Shown here: positions 1 to 8,375 of the stretch, piece by piece | How the letters are laid out: each line of letters starts with the position of its first letter | How positions within the stretch are numbered: the stretch's first letter is position 1 | From: Polyangiaceae bacterium | Lineage (GTDB): Bacteria > Myxococcota_A > Polyangia > Polyangiales > Polyangiaceae | Reading direction: 5' to 3' | DNA: 55,251 nucleotides | NCBI GenBank assembly: GCA_036268695.1 | Contig: DATATR010000302.1 | Coordinates: 1 to 55,251, forward strand | Position numbers and translations under genes: made by a program | Notes under the pieces: model-generated | Told to the model about the DNA's origin: nothing | Databases searched by the model: none | Seen by the model: the letters and a program-made list of their open reading frames with translations, nothing else

Positions 1-52
1 GGATCCCAGATGCTTCGCAGGGTCACCCTTCGCGACGCCGAGGCGCGAAGTC

Positions 53-68
53 AGTTGCAAATGCAACT
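53..68. promoter_or_regulatory. Inverted repeat AGTTGCA-AA-TGCAACT, candidate repressor operator
   Basis: Perfect 7-bp inverted repeat with a 2-nt spacer in non-coding, AT-richer sequence. The regulated gene is probably outside the window. Confidence 0.4.
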
Positions 69-246
69 AGCATTTCGGCTTCGCACGGTGTCGCTCTGCC
101 CTCACGTCAGAGGGGATGGGTGCCCGCGGCGGCGGGACGCCGACGCTTGGGGACCCCGGCGCGCGCAGCGGAGCGAGCACGCCGGCCGCGCTGTGACGCG
201 ATCGGCGAGGGGCAACTCAAAAAAATTCGGAGCTGGTGCGCGACGG

Positions 247-1020
247 CTACGGTGTGTATTGCGCGAGCGGATCGAAGGTGCCGGTCGCGGTGTGCGCCGG
301 CGCGATCGCGACGATGTGAATTTGTTCGGGGCGGAGCCGATCGGCGAGGGCTTTGAGCGAAGCGTGATTTTGTGCGCTGTCGTCGGAGAAGGCCCAGGGC
401 GCGCCCGCGAGTTTGCCGCTGGTTTTTAGGCCCGCGCTGTCGCCGAGGAAGAGTACGTTGCGCACGAGGTACGCCGCGCTGCCTGCGGTGTGGCCGGGCA
501 CGCCGAACACGCGCACGGTCGCGTCGCCGACGGAGATCGCGTCGCCATCGTGAAGTGGGTGCGTGATTTTGGTGCCGTTCGAATGCGGCGAGAACAGCTG
601 CGTGACCGGACCATGCGAGCCCGCGCGACCTTCGGCGAGCGCGACGTCGGGTTCAAGCGCGTACACGTCGGCTTTCGGGAACAAGTGCACGCCGGCGGTA
701 TGATCGGGATGGCCGTGCGTGAGGAAGATCGCGCTCACTGCGTCGCTCGTGAGCTTTCGGCGCGCGAGCTCGGCGAGCAAGGGTTTGCCGCTTGCGTCAT
801 TGCCGGCGTCGATCAAGAGGAGCTTATCGTTGCCCGCGTCGATCACGCCGATGCTGACCACGCCGTCTTTGAGGATGCGCACGCCCGGCGCGGGCTCCGC
901 GCCGTCCACGATTGGCGCATTGCCGCCAAACGCCGAGTAAAAGACGCCGAAGATCGCGAGCACGAGCACCGCGATCGAAGCTCCGACGATTTGCAATGTG
1001 GTTTTGACGGCGCGATTCAT
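247..1020 (-). CDS. MBL-fold metallo-hydrolase with N-terminal membrane anchor
   Basis: THGHPDH (HxHxDH), GHTAG, FLGD and C-terminal PAH metal-ligand motifs. Hydrophobic N-terminus. Confidence 0.9.
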   Translation of the reverse strand: MNRAVKTTLQIVGASIAVLVLAIFGVFYSAFGGNAPIVDGAEPAPGVRILKDGVVSIGVIDAGNDKLLLIDAGNDASGKPLLAELARRKLTSDAVSAIFLTHGHPDHTAGVHLFPKADVYALEPDVALAEGRAGSHGPVTQLFSPHSNGTKITHPLHDGDAISVGDATVRVFGVPGHTAGSAAYLVRNVLFLGDSAGLKTSGKLAGAPWAFSDDSAQNHASLKALADRLRPEQIHIVAIAPAHTATGTFDPLAQYTP

Positions 1021-1150
1021 GTCGAGCTCAGCCTAGCGCTTCGCGCCGCGGAGACTACCGGCCGATTTCAAGCCCGCGAATTGGGTGATGCCGGCGTCGT
1101 CGCCGAAGTGCGCGCTGCCGCACCGGCTCACCCAATCACGATCGGGGGGC

Positions 1151-2146
1151 TCAGTCCGCCGCTTCTTCCATGTCGTTCGCGTGGTCTTTCAGATGCTGCG
1201 CGAACTTCGCGCGTTGATCGGGCGTGAGCACGGGGAGCACCGTTTCCACGAACTGCAAGCGCGCCGTCGCCATGGCTTTCACCATCTCTGGCGCTTGCCC
1301 GCCGACGCCGGCTTTTTTGGCGTCGAACTTGTCGCCCTCGAACGCGGTGCCGATCGCGTCCATGTGCTTTTCCGCGGCTTCCATCTTGGTCTTCATCGCG
1401 GCGTGATTCGCCTTCATTTGCGCTTCGAGCTTGGTGTGGAGCTTGGTCTTTTGATCGTCGGTCAGCGCGAGCTCGTCGCCGAGCTTGGCCATCGGACCTT
1501 CGCCCATGCCTTCGTGCTCGTGACCTTCGTGCTCCTTGCCGGCGCCCGGGCCTTTGCCTTCGTGCTCGGCCATGTGCTCCTTCATTTCCTTGCCCTTGGC
1601 GCGCATCGTCTCGACGAGCTTCTTTCGCTGATCCGCGTCGAGCGTCTTGTACAGACGGTTCATTGCGTCTTGCATTTGCGGCTCGGCGCCAGCGACTGCG
1701 TCCGCCATCGCTTTGATGTCGGCGTCGGTCTTCTTCTTGTCGAGTTTGCCGGCGGCGACGCCGTCGGCCACGTCGGTTTCGAGCTTCGCGCGCGAGTCTT
1801 TCGCCGCGTCGCCGGTCTTCTCCATGTCGCTCTCGATGCTGTCGATCGCCGTCTTCTGCTCCGGCTTGAGATCGAGTGAGTCGAGGCTCGTCATGAGCAA
1901 CGCTTCCATGCCATGGCCATGATGATGCTTCGGCGCGGGTGGCGGCGCGGCTTCGGCGGCGGGCGGCGGAGTCGTGTCCGCGGGCGGCGGGGGCGGCGGC
2001 GCAGGCGGCGGCGTGGTCGCAACTGGCGGCGGCGGCGGCGGCGCAGGCGGCGGCTCACTGCCACCACAGGCCGGCAAAATCGCGAGCCCGAGACCGAGCA
2101 CCAGAAATAGGGAAGAGCGTTGGATGGGGGAGGTTGCTTTAGTCAT
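1151..2146 (-). CDS. Spy/CpxP-like (LTxxQ motif) lipoprotein with Pro-rich linker
   Basis: Start re-set to ATG 2146 (MTKATS). Lipobox ILPAC, poly-Pro linker, helical domains with LKPEQ, LDADQ, LTDDQ and LTPDQ motifs, His-rich patches. Confidence 0.8.
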   Translation of the reverse strand: MTKATSPIQRSSLFLVLGLGLAILPACGGSEPPPAPPPPPPVATTPPPAPPPPPPADTTPPPAAEAAPPPAPKHHHGHGMEALLMTSLDSLDLKPEQKTAIDSIESDMEKTGDAAKDSRAKLETDVADGVAAGKLDKKKTDADIKAMADAVAGAEPQMQDAMNRLYKTLDADQRKKLVETMRAKGKEMKEHMAEHEGKGPGAGKEHEGHEHEGMGEGPMAKLGDELALTDDQKTKLHTKLEAQMKANHAAMKTKMEAAEKHMDAIGTAFEGDKFDAKKAGVGGQAPEMVKAMATARLQFVETVLPVLTPDQRAKFAQHLKDHANDMEEAAD

Positions 2147-2151
2147 GGTCG

Positions 2152-2211
2152 GTGTGTGGCAGAGCCGAGCAGATCCCGTCGCTCGTTGCAACCGGCTCTT
2201 CTGCCACACAC
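2152..2211. other. Strong intergenic hairpin
   Basis: GTGTGTGGCAGA (2152-2163) is the exact reverse complement of TCTGCCACACAC (2200-2211). An inner GCCG/CGGC pair extends the stem after a 3-nt bulge. Confidence 0.7.
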
Positions 2212-2214
2212 GAT

Positions 2215-3498
2215 TCAACTTCGAGCTCGAGCGCGCTGCCGACGCCGAATACGGCGCAGGCCGAACGCGAAGCTTGCGAGCAAGCCCGCGAAAGCAAAGG
2301 GACCGCGCGCGGTGCCGAAACCCAGCGCGCAATAACCCACGGTTTGCGGCGTGGGGGTGTTATCGGAAGTGTCACTGCCGTCGAGCGGCTGGAGCTGGCC
2401 GGGCAGTGCACCCGCGTCCGGGTCGACCACGCATTCGCCGTTGCGGCAAGCGAGCCCCGGCTTGCCGCACAGCTCGAGATCCGTGCCGTTGTCGATCACG
2501 CCGTCGCAATCGTCGTCGAAGTCGTTGCATTGTTCGGCGCGCGGCGCTCCTGGCGTGCAGATCGAGGTGCAACCCTCGGCGTACTTCGCGCACCAACCGA
2601 TGCCGCACACGAGGCGCGCGTTTTCGTCGATCTGATCGTTGCAGTTGTCGTCCCGGTTGTTGCAGAGCTCCGGCGCACCCGGATAGATCGTGGGGTCTTG
2701 GTCGTTGCAATCGTTGTCGCACAAACCGAAGCCTTTGCTCGGCCCGCAGCCGGACATGGTTTGCGCGCCGCTCACGCCGTGACCGTCGCCGTCCGCGTCG
2801 GTGCAGTACTGCATGATCGGTAAGCCTTCGTCGATCTGGCCGTTGCAGTTGTTGTCCTTGCCGTCGCAGATCTCGGGCGCGTTCGGACTCACTTTCGCGT
2901 CGTTGTCGTTGCAGTCGGTGCCGAGCGCGGAGAAGTACTGTGGCTGAGCGCAGTTGATCGTGTAACCCGAAGCGGCCGAGCCGACGCCGTCTCCGTCGTA
3001 GTCGTGATAATATTTGGTGCCGGCGCAGCCGTACGCGGTGCTGAAAAATCCATCGCCTTCGCCGTCTCCGTGATCCGTTCCGTCGCCGTCGGCGGAGTTT
3101 GCCCAAACGTAAAAATCCACGCCGCCCGGCGTGCTCGGCGCGGTCCAACCGACTTTGAACGTCGTAAATCCGTTGCTGCCCGTGCGTGGCTGGGTGTGCG
3201 TCACGCCTTGCCCGATCAACTTCGTGCCCGAATCGACGATGTTGAGTTTGCCGAAGCCGTTCGTTTGCAAATAGAAGCCCGCGACTGGACCGTTGGTTTG
3301 CGAGATCGCGATCGTCAGCGTGACCAGATCGCCTGGGTTGATCGTCGGTTTGTCGAGCGTGATGTTGACGGTCGCCGGCTTGCCGCCGGTGTGACAGCCA
3401 CTGCAGCCTTGCGCGGCGACGCCATTTTTGTGCGCTACCGCCGGCCGGCTCGCGCAAAGCGCGATCAGCGCGACGAGCCAGAGGAGCAGCGGTTTCAT
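2215..3498 (-). CDS. Secreted protein: CxxCH plus Reeler/choice-of-anchor-V-like domain, MopE-type Cys/Asp repeats, MYXO-CTERM-like tail
   Basis: Start re-set to ATG 3498 (MKPLLLWL...AVA|H signal peptide). CSGCH motif, WTAP motif, repeats such as DCND..PNAPEICDGKDNNCNG, and a C-terminal Cys followed by a hydrophobic helix and Arg cluster. Confidence 0.8.
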   Translation of the reverse strand: MKPLLLWLVALIALCASRPAVAHKNGVAAQGCSGCHTGGKPATVNITLDKPTINPGDLVTLTIAISQTNGPVAGFYLQTNGFGKLNIVDSGTKLIGQGVTHTQPRTGSNGFTTFKVGWTAPSTPGGVDFYVWANSADGDGTDHGDGEGDGFFSTAYGCAGTKYYHDYDGDGVGSAASGYTINCAQPQYFSALGTDCNDNDAKVSPNAPEICDGKDNNCNGQIDEGLPIMQYCTDADGDGHGVSGAQTMSGCGPSKGFGLCDNDCNDQDPTIYPGAPELCNNRDDNCNDQIDENARLVCGIGWCAKYAEGCTSICTPGAPRAEQCNDFDDDCDGVIDNGTDLELCGKPGLACRNGECVVDPDAGALPGQLQPLDGSDTSDNTPTPQTVGYCALGFGTARGPFAFAGLLASFAFGLRRIRRRQRARARS

Positions 3499-3821
3499 CG
3501 AATGTGCACGGCGGGGGCAGCGATGCGGCCGAGTCCGGGAAGCGCTCGGCCCTGCAGTTAAGTGGGCGAATTCTCGCGCGTCGATCACCGAGAGTTGGTG
3601 TACGCAGCGCGGAAGTCCGCTGAAAACAGGCGAAGGAACCAAAAAGATCGCGCATCCTTCGGAATTTTCCGAGCGCACCCGCATGCCCCTCGGCATTCTC
3701 CGGGAGAAAGCGCCGGCGCCCGCTCGGAACTGGGCGCCGGACCCAATCGAGACTCTGGCTCGTTGCGGGCGCGGCGAAACGCCCGTTGTGAGCGCCAGGG
3801 AGCACGCTACGATGGCAGAAA

Positions 3822-4838
3822 ATGGGCGCACTGATCCTCGTGGTCGACGACAGCGCGGCCATTCGTCGGCAGATCCGCGCCGGGCTCAAGGAGCTGCAAG
3901 AGCTCGAAGGCGTGCAGGATTTTTTGGAGGCCGCCGATGGCCTGCAAGCCTTCAAGCTGCTCGTCGATCGCAAACCGGATTTGGTCGTTTGCGATTTGAT
4001 CATGCCGGGCTTCGACGGTTTGAAATTCTTGGCTTTGCGCGCGACCCGACCAGAGCTCGCCAACATCCCCGTGATCATGCTCACTGCCGAGGGTGAAGCG
4101 TCGCGCAAAGTCGAAGTCTTCGAGCTCGGCGCTTCCGACTACGTGACCAAGCCCTTCGATGACGAAGAGCTGATGGCGCGCGTTCGCGTGCACTATCGAC
4201 TCAAGATCCTGCAAGATGAATTGCGTGAAGCGAACCGGCGCCTGGAAGCGCTGGCCGATACCGACGGACTCACCGGCTTGTACAACCGTCGTTACTTCGA
4301 CGCGCTCTTGTTGCGCGAGCTGCAACGCACCGCGCGCTACAAGACTCCGATTGGCGTCGCGCTGATCGATATCGATCATTTCAAATACGTGAACGACAGC
4401 TTCGGCCACCCCATGGGCGACGAAGTGCTGCGCAACGTCGCTCGGCTCGTGACCGCGGGCGTGCGCGTGACGGATTGTGCCGCGCGCTACGGCGGCGAGG
4501 AAGTCGCGATCGTGTTCACGCAGACGACCGCTCAAGGCGTCGCCGAAGTGACGGAGCGCTTGCGTCACACGCTCGAGCAATTCGAACACGTGTACGAAGG
4601 GCGCTCGGTCAAGCGCACCGCGAGCATCGGCGTCGCTTTGATCGACGGCAAAGGCGTGCCGCTCACGCCGAAGGAGCTGGTCGAACGCGCCGATCGCGCG
4701 CTCTACCGAGCCAAGCGCAGCGGACGCAACCGCGTCATCACTTGGACGTCCGAGCTCGACTCCGATCCAGAGCTCGGCGCAGATCGACCCGAACTCGCGG
4801 ACAAGCGCGCGATTACCGAACCACCCGCGCCGCGATGA
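3822..4838 (+). CDS. Response regulator diguanylate cyclase (REC-GGDEF)
   Basis: ILVVDDS, CDLIMP and KPF receiver motifs. DGLTGLYNRR, DIDHFKYVND and RYGGEE motifs with an RVTD (RxxD) I-site. Confidence 0.95.
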   Translation: MGALILVVDDSAAIRRQIRAGLKELQELEGVQDFLEAADGLQAFKLLVDRKPDLVVCDLIMPGFDGLKFLALRATRPELANIPVIMLTAEGEASRKVEVFELGASDYVTKPFDDEELMARVRVHYRLKILQDELREANRRLEALADTDGLTGLYNRRYFDALLLRELQRTARYKTPIGVALIDIDHFKYVNDSFGHPMGDEVLRNVARLVTAGVRVTDCAARYGGEEVAIVFTQTTAQGVAEVTERLRHTLEQFEHVYEGRSVKRTASIGVALIDGKGVPLTPKELVERADRALYRAKRSGRNRVITWTSELDSDPELGADRPELADKRAITEPPAPR

Positions 4839-5022
4839 TCTCGCGCATCTCGACCGAATGCATCGCGTCCGTCACCGTCGCGTTCGCGTGGCCCCGCAAC
4901 CGCGCTTCACCGGATCGTTGCTTCTTGTTTGATTGATGGTCACGAAATACGGCGCTGGCCGGCAGAGCCTTCGGCGACGCGTCAAGGTTTGCCACCGGGT
5001 GCTGCGACAATGCGCGCCGTAA

Positions 5023-5490
5023 CTACGCTCGATCGCTCGCTCCGAAAACGCGGCGCGCCAAAATCTCGTCCAACGAGACCATGCCCGGTCCGATCACGAG
5101 CAGCATGACGAGCACACACAAGTACGTGAACTCATCTGCACCTACCAAGTCGAATATGCCGTGAATGTCGGATAGCTTCGCGGTCAAGATCGCCACAATC
5201 ATGCTGACGATCAACGGCAAGGTTGCAAGCCGCGTGCACAAGCCGATCACCAGCAAGCTGCCACAAATCAATTCGCTGTAGCCCACGACGACCGCATTCA
5301 GCCCCGGCGCAGGAATGCCGAGCTTGACGAAAAATTGAGTTACCTTGTCCAGGCTGTGCACCTTGCCCCACCCTGTCGACAAAAACAGAAGCCCGACCGC
5401 CAGACGGCCGAGCAACGGCGCGAGCCATTGCGCGCGTTCGAACGGCCGGAGCGCGAGCGCACGGTATTTCGCCAAAGCATCGTTTGCCAT
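5023..5490 (-). CDS. DoxX family membrane protein
   Basis: Multiple hydrophobic helices with GRL..G..F..TGWGK, ELICG.LL.IGL.TR and GPG.VSLD motifs. AGGA RBS upstream of ATG 5490. Confidence 0.9.
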   Translation of the reverse strand: MANDALAKYRALALRPFERAQWLAPLLGRLAVGLLFLSTGWGKVHSLDKVTQFFVKLGIPAPGLNAVVVGYSELICGSLLVIGLCTRLATLPLIVSMIVAILTAKLSDIHGIFDLVGADEFTYLCVLVMLLVIGPGMVSLDEILARRVFGASDRA

Positions 5491-5517
5491 TTGATTCCTA
5501 CTCTCACACCCTTTTCG

Positions 5518-6963
5518 GTGCTCGGTCTACTTGCTTGTGCGTTTTGCGCGCTGGGCTGCGCGCCGCACTCGCCCGCGGTCGCGGTTCTGCCAAGAGTACG
5601 CGCGCCGGCGTCCGCGGTTACCGTTGCGAATGCCAGCTCGAATCCAGCGTGGCGTTACGACGTGCGGCTCGAGTCCGGCCGTGAGCTCGCCGTCGACGCG
5701 AGCTTCGACGCGACCAACGATGAAGTCTTTGCCGTGGACGAAGCCGCCGCGCGCTTCGTGCAAAAAGTGCAAATCGCGGACGGCGCAAACTTCGTTGCTG
5801 CAGCGCCGCAAGGATCGGGTTTTCACGTGCCTTGCCGCGCAGGCTGCCGCGTGCGCTACCGCTTCGCGCTCGCCGAAGCCGCAAACGCTTTGCACGACAT
5901 CGATACCGCGATTGCTTCCGACGACGCGTTGATGGCACCGCCATCGACCTGGCTCTTGTCGCCACTCGATCCGCCGCCGGGCGGCTTGCTGCAATTTCAC
6001 GTCGATCCCGGCGCAAATGGCCATTTTGCGAGCGGCTTTCGGCGCGCGGAAAACAGCGCGCCGGATACGTATCTGCTGCCCGCGGGCGCGCTCGACGACT
6101 CGAGCTTCACCGCGCTCGGCGCGATTCACGTCGCCGAAGTTCCCGCCGGCGACACGACGGTGCGACTCGCCGTCGCGCCCAAAGGTCTGGCACTGACGGA
6201 GGCCGACGCCGAAGCGTGGCTCAGCGCATCCGCGGGCGCCGTCGCGCACTATTATCTCGGTCATCTGCCGGCGCGGCACACGCTGGTCGTGATCATGAGC
6301 GGGTCGGGCAGTTCGACGCGTGGCGAGACGCTCGGCGGCGGAGGGCCCGCGGTGATGGTACGCGCGTCCGATTCGGTCAACGCGAACACGACGCGCGACG
6401 ATTGGATCGTCGTGCACGAGCTGCTTCACGCCAATTTTCCGGATTTGGGCCGGCAGCACGCGTGGCTGAGCGAAGGCCTCGCGACGTACGTCGAGCCGAT
6501 CGCGCGCGCTCGCATCGGCCAAGTCGATGATCAAAAATTCTGGCGCGATTTGGTCGAAGGCTTGCCGCAAGGTTTGCCCGAAGCCGGCGATCAGGGCCTC
6601 GAGAACACGCACACGTGGGGCCGCACGTACTGGGGCGGCGCGCTCTTTTGCTTGCTCGCGGATGTGACGATTCGGGAGCGCACGAGTAACACGCGCTCGC
6701 TCGACGACGTGATTCGTTGGATCGGAAGCACCGGCGATGTCGACGACGTGCACTGGGAAATGCAGCGATTCATCGCCGCGGGGCAGCAGGCAACCGGAAC
6801 CGAGGTGCTGCGCGAGCTCTACCAGTCGCTGGCAGAAAAACCGGGAACGGTGAATCTTTCCGAGCTGTTCGCGCGACTCGGCGTGCGTCTCGCGCAAGGG
6901 GTACTCAGTTTCGACGACAGCGCACCGCTCGCAAAAATTCGCCGATCCATCACGGCCCGTTGA
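5518..6963 (+). CDS. Gluzincin metallopeptidase (M61/M1-like), probable lipoprotein
   Basis: HELLH zinc motif followed by WLSEGLATY and RTYWGGAL. Lipobox-like ALGC. Start uncertain (GTG 5518 or TTG 5491). Confidence 0.8.
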   Translation: MLGLLACAFCALGCAPHSPAVAVLPRVRAPASAVTVANASSNPAWRYDVRLESGRELAVDASFDATNDEVFAVDEAAARFVQKVQIADGANFVAAAPQGSGFHVPCRAGCRVRYRFALAEAANALHDIDTAIASDDALMAPPSTWLLSPLDPPPGGLLQFHVDPGANGHFASGFRRAENSAPDTYLLPAGALDDSSFTALGAIHVAEVPAGDTTVRLAVAPKGLALTEADAEAWLSASAGAVAHYYLGHLPARHTLVVIMSGSGSSTRGETLGGGGPAVMVRASDSVNANTTRDDWIVVHELLHANFPDLGRQHAWLSEGLATYVEPIARARIGQVDDQKFWRDLVEGLPQGLPEAGDQGLENTHTWGRTYWGGALFCLLADVTIRERTSNTRSLDDVIRWIGSTGDVDDVHWEMQRFIAAGQQATGTEVLRELYQSLAEKPGTVNLSELFARLGVRLAQGVLSFDDSAPLAKIRRSITAR

Positions 6964-7178
6964 CCGAATCCGGACGATCGAGCGATCGATGGTAACCGTT
7001 TGGTTCGATCTGAATACGGAAGACAGTCGTAGCCTTGTCGGTGCTCACGGTTGACCGGAGTTGCGGGTTAGCGGAAGTATCCGTGCCACTCGCAGCGCCT
7101 CGGCCGTGAAACGCCGCGGACTACGAGGCCGCGTGCGCCTGGCGCATTCGGATTCGCTAACTTCACGAGGGAATAGCA

Positions 7179-7478
7179 ATGAATCTCACGAACACTCTGA
7201 TGGCTGCTGCGGTTACTGGCATCATGGCGGGCGCGACGGTGGCCTGTGGCGGATCGACGCCCCCGGCGGCTGCGCCGGATTCGGCGGCTGCGCCGGCTGC
7301 TCCGGCCGCTGATGCGGCAGGTGCCGCGGCTCCGGCTGGCGACACCGCGGACGCCGCGGGCGCGAAGCACGACTGCAAAGGCAAGAACGCGTGCAAGGGC
7401 CAAGGCGGTTGCAAGACCGACTCGCACGGCTGCAAAGGCCAGAACGATTGCAAGGGTAAGGGCGGTTGCAAAGGCTGA
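7179..7478 (+). CDS. Cys-rich RiPP precursor (bufferin BufA2-like), predicted lipoprotein
   Basis: GAGGGA RBS. Signal ends in TVAC, followed by an Ala/Pro linker and two HxCKGxNxCKGxGGCK repeats. Lies directly upstream of the DUF692 gene. Confidence 0.85.
   Translation: MNLTNTLMAAAVTGIMAGATVACGGSTPPAAAPDSAAAPAAPAADAAGAAAPAGDTADAAGAKHDCKGKNACKGQGGCKTDSHGCKGQNDCKGKGGCKG
7368..7472 (+). repeat. Two 48-bp imperfect direct repeats encoding the precursor core
   Basis: 7368-7415 encodes HDCKGKNACKGQGGCK and 7425-7472 encodes HGCKGQNDCKGKGGCK. Confidence 0.9.
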
Positions 7479-7544
7479 GCCTTTGACCGCAGCGCGCTAC
7501 GCTTGCATTGACTGCGAGCGTAGCGCCTCTGCACTTTTGATCGG

Positions 7545-8375
7545 ATGTCGAATCGCTTCGGGCTTCCCAATCTCGGAATCGGCGTCGGGCTACGGACGGT
7601 GCACTACTCGAGCATCCTCCAAGCGCAGCCGAAGGTGGATTGGTTCGAGATCCTGAGCGAAAACTACATGCGCACGGAGGGCCGTCCGCTCGATTTTTTG
7701 GACGCGATTGCCGAGCGCTATCCGGTCGTGATGCACGGCGTGTCGCTCTCGATCGGTTCGACCGATCCGCTCGATCGCCAATACTTGGGCGAGCTTCGTG
7801 CGCTGCGCGAGCGCACGAAAGCGCGCTGGCTGTCCGACCATTTGTGCTGGACGGGCGTGAGCGGCAAAAACACGCACGATCTTTTGCCGCTACCGTACAC
7901 CGAGGAAGCGCTCGCGCACGTGATCGAACGCACTCGCGCGGTGCAAGATTTTTTGGGTGCCCCGCTCGCGCTCGAGAATCCTTCGAGCTACGCGCAGTTC
8001 GCCACGGACAGCATGCCCGAGTGGGAATTTCTCGGTCGGCTCGCGGAAGAGGCCGACTGCGCGCTGCTCCTCGACGTGAATAACGTCTACGTTTCGAGCC
8101 GAAATCACGGCTTCGATCCGCTCGACTACTTGCGCCGCGTCCCGTTCGATCGCGTCGTGCAGTGTCATGTCGCCGGGCACACGGATCACGGCACGCACAT
8201 CATCGATTCGCACATTGGGCCCGTAATCGATCCGGTGTGGAAGCTCTTGGGCGAGGCGCATCGGCGCGCCGGCGGTGTCTCCGTGCTGCTCGAGTGGGAC
8301 GCCGAAATCCCGAGCTTCGCCGAAACGCACGCGGAGGCTTTGCGTGCACGAGCGTTCATCGGGGAACCTTCGTGA
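7545..8375 (+). CDS. bufB: MNIO (DUF692/UPF0276) multinuclear non-heme iron oxidative enzyme
   Basis: GVGLR..HY, WFEILSENY, HGVSLSIG, SDHLCW, HDLLPLP, ENPSSY, LLDVNNVYV, HVAGH, DSH and LLEWD motifs. Confidence 0.95.
   Translation: MSNRFGLPNLGIGVGLRTVHYSSILQAQPKVDWFEILSENYMRTEGRPLDFLDAIAERYPVVMHGVSLSIGSTDPLDRQYLGELRALRERTKARWLSDHLCWTGVSGKNTHDLLPLPYTEEALAHVIERTRAVQDFLGAPLALENPSSYAQFATDSMPEWEFLGRLAEEADCALLLDVNNVYVSSRNHGFDPLDYLRRVPFDRVVQCHVAGHTDHGTHIIDSHIGPVIDPVWKLLGEAHRRAGGVSVLLEWDAEIPSFAETHAEALRARAFIGEPS

Noticed and set aside
10-429. Plus-strand ORFs at the window start
   Set aside because: Arg-rich, with no motifs, and overlapping the MBL gene in antisense.
2372-4108. 578-aa minus-strand ORF and many similar long Arg-rich or antisense ORFs
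   Set aside because: They are off-frame or antisense shadows of well-supported genes, as expected in GC-rich DNA, and have no motifs of their own.
6992-7021. GTAACC upstream of the RiPP precursor as a SigF-type (GTAACC-N16-CGAA) promoter
   Set aside because: No CGAA at the required spacing. The nearest CGGAA is 19 nt away.
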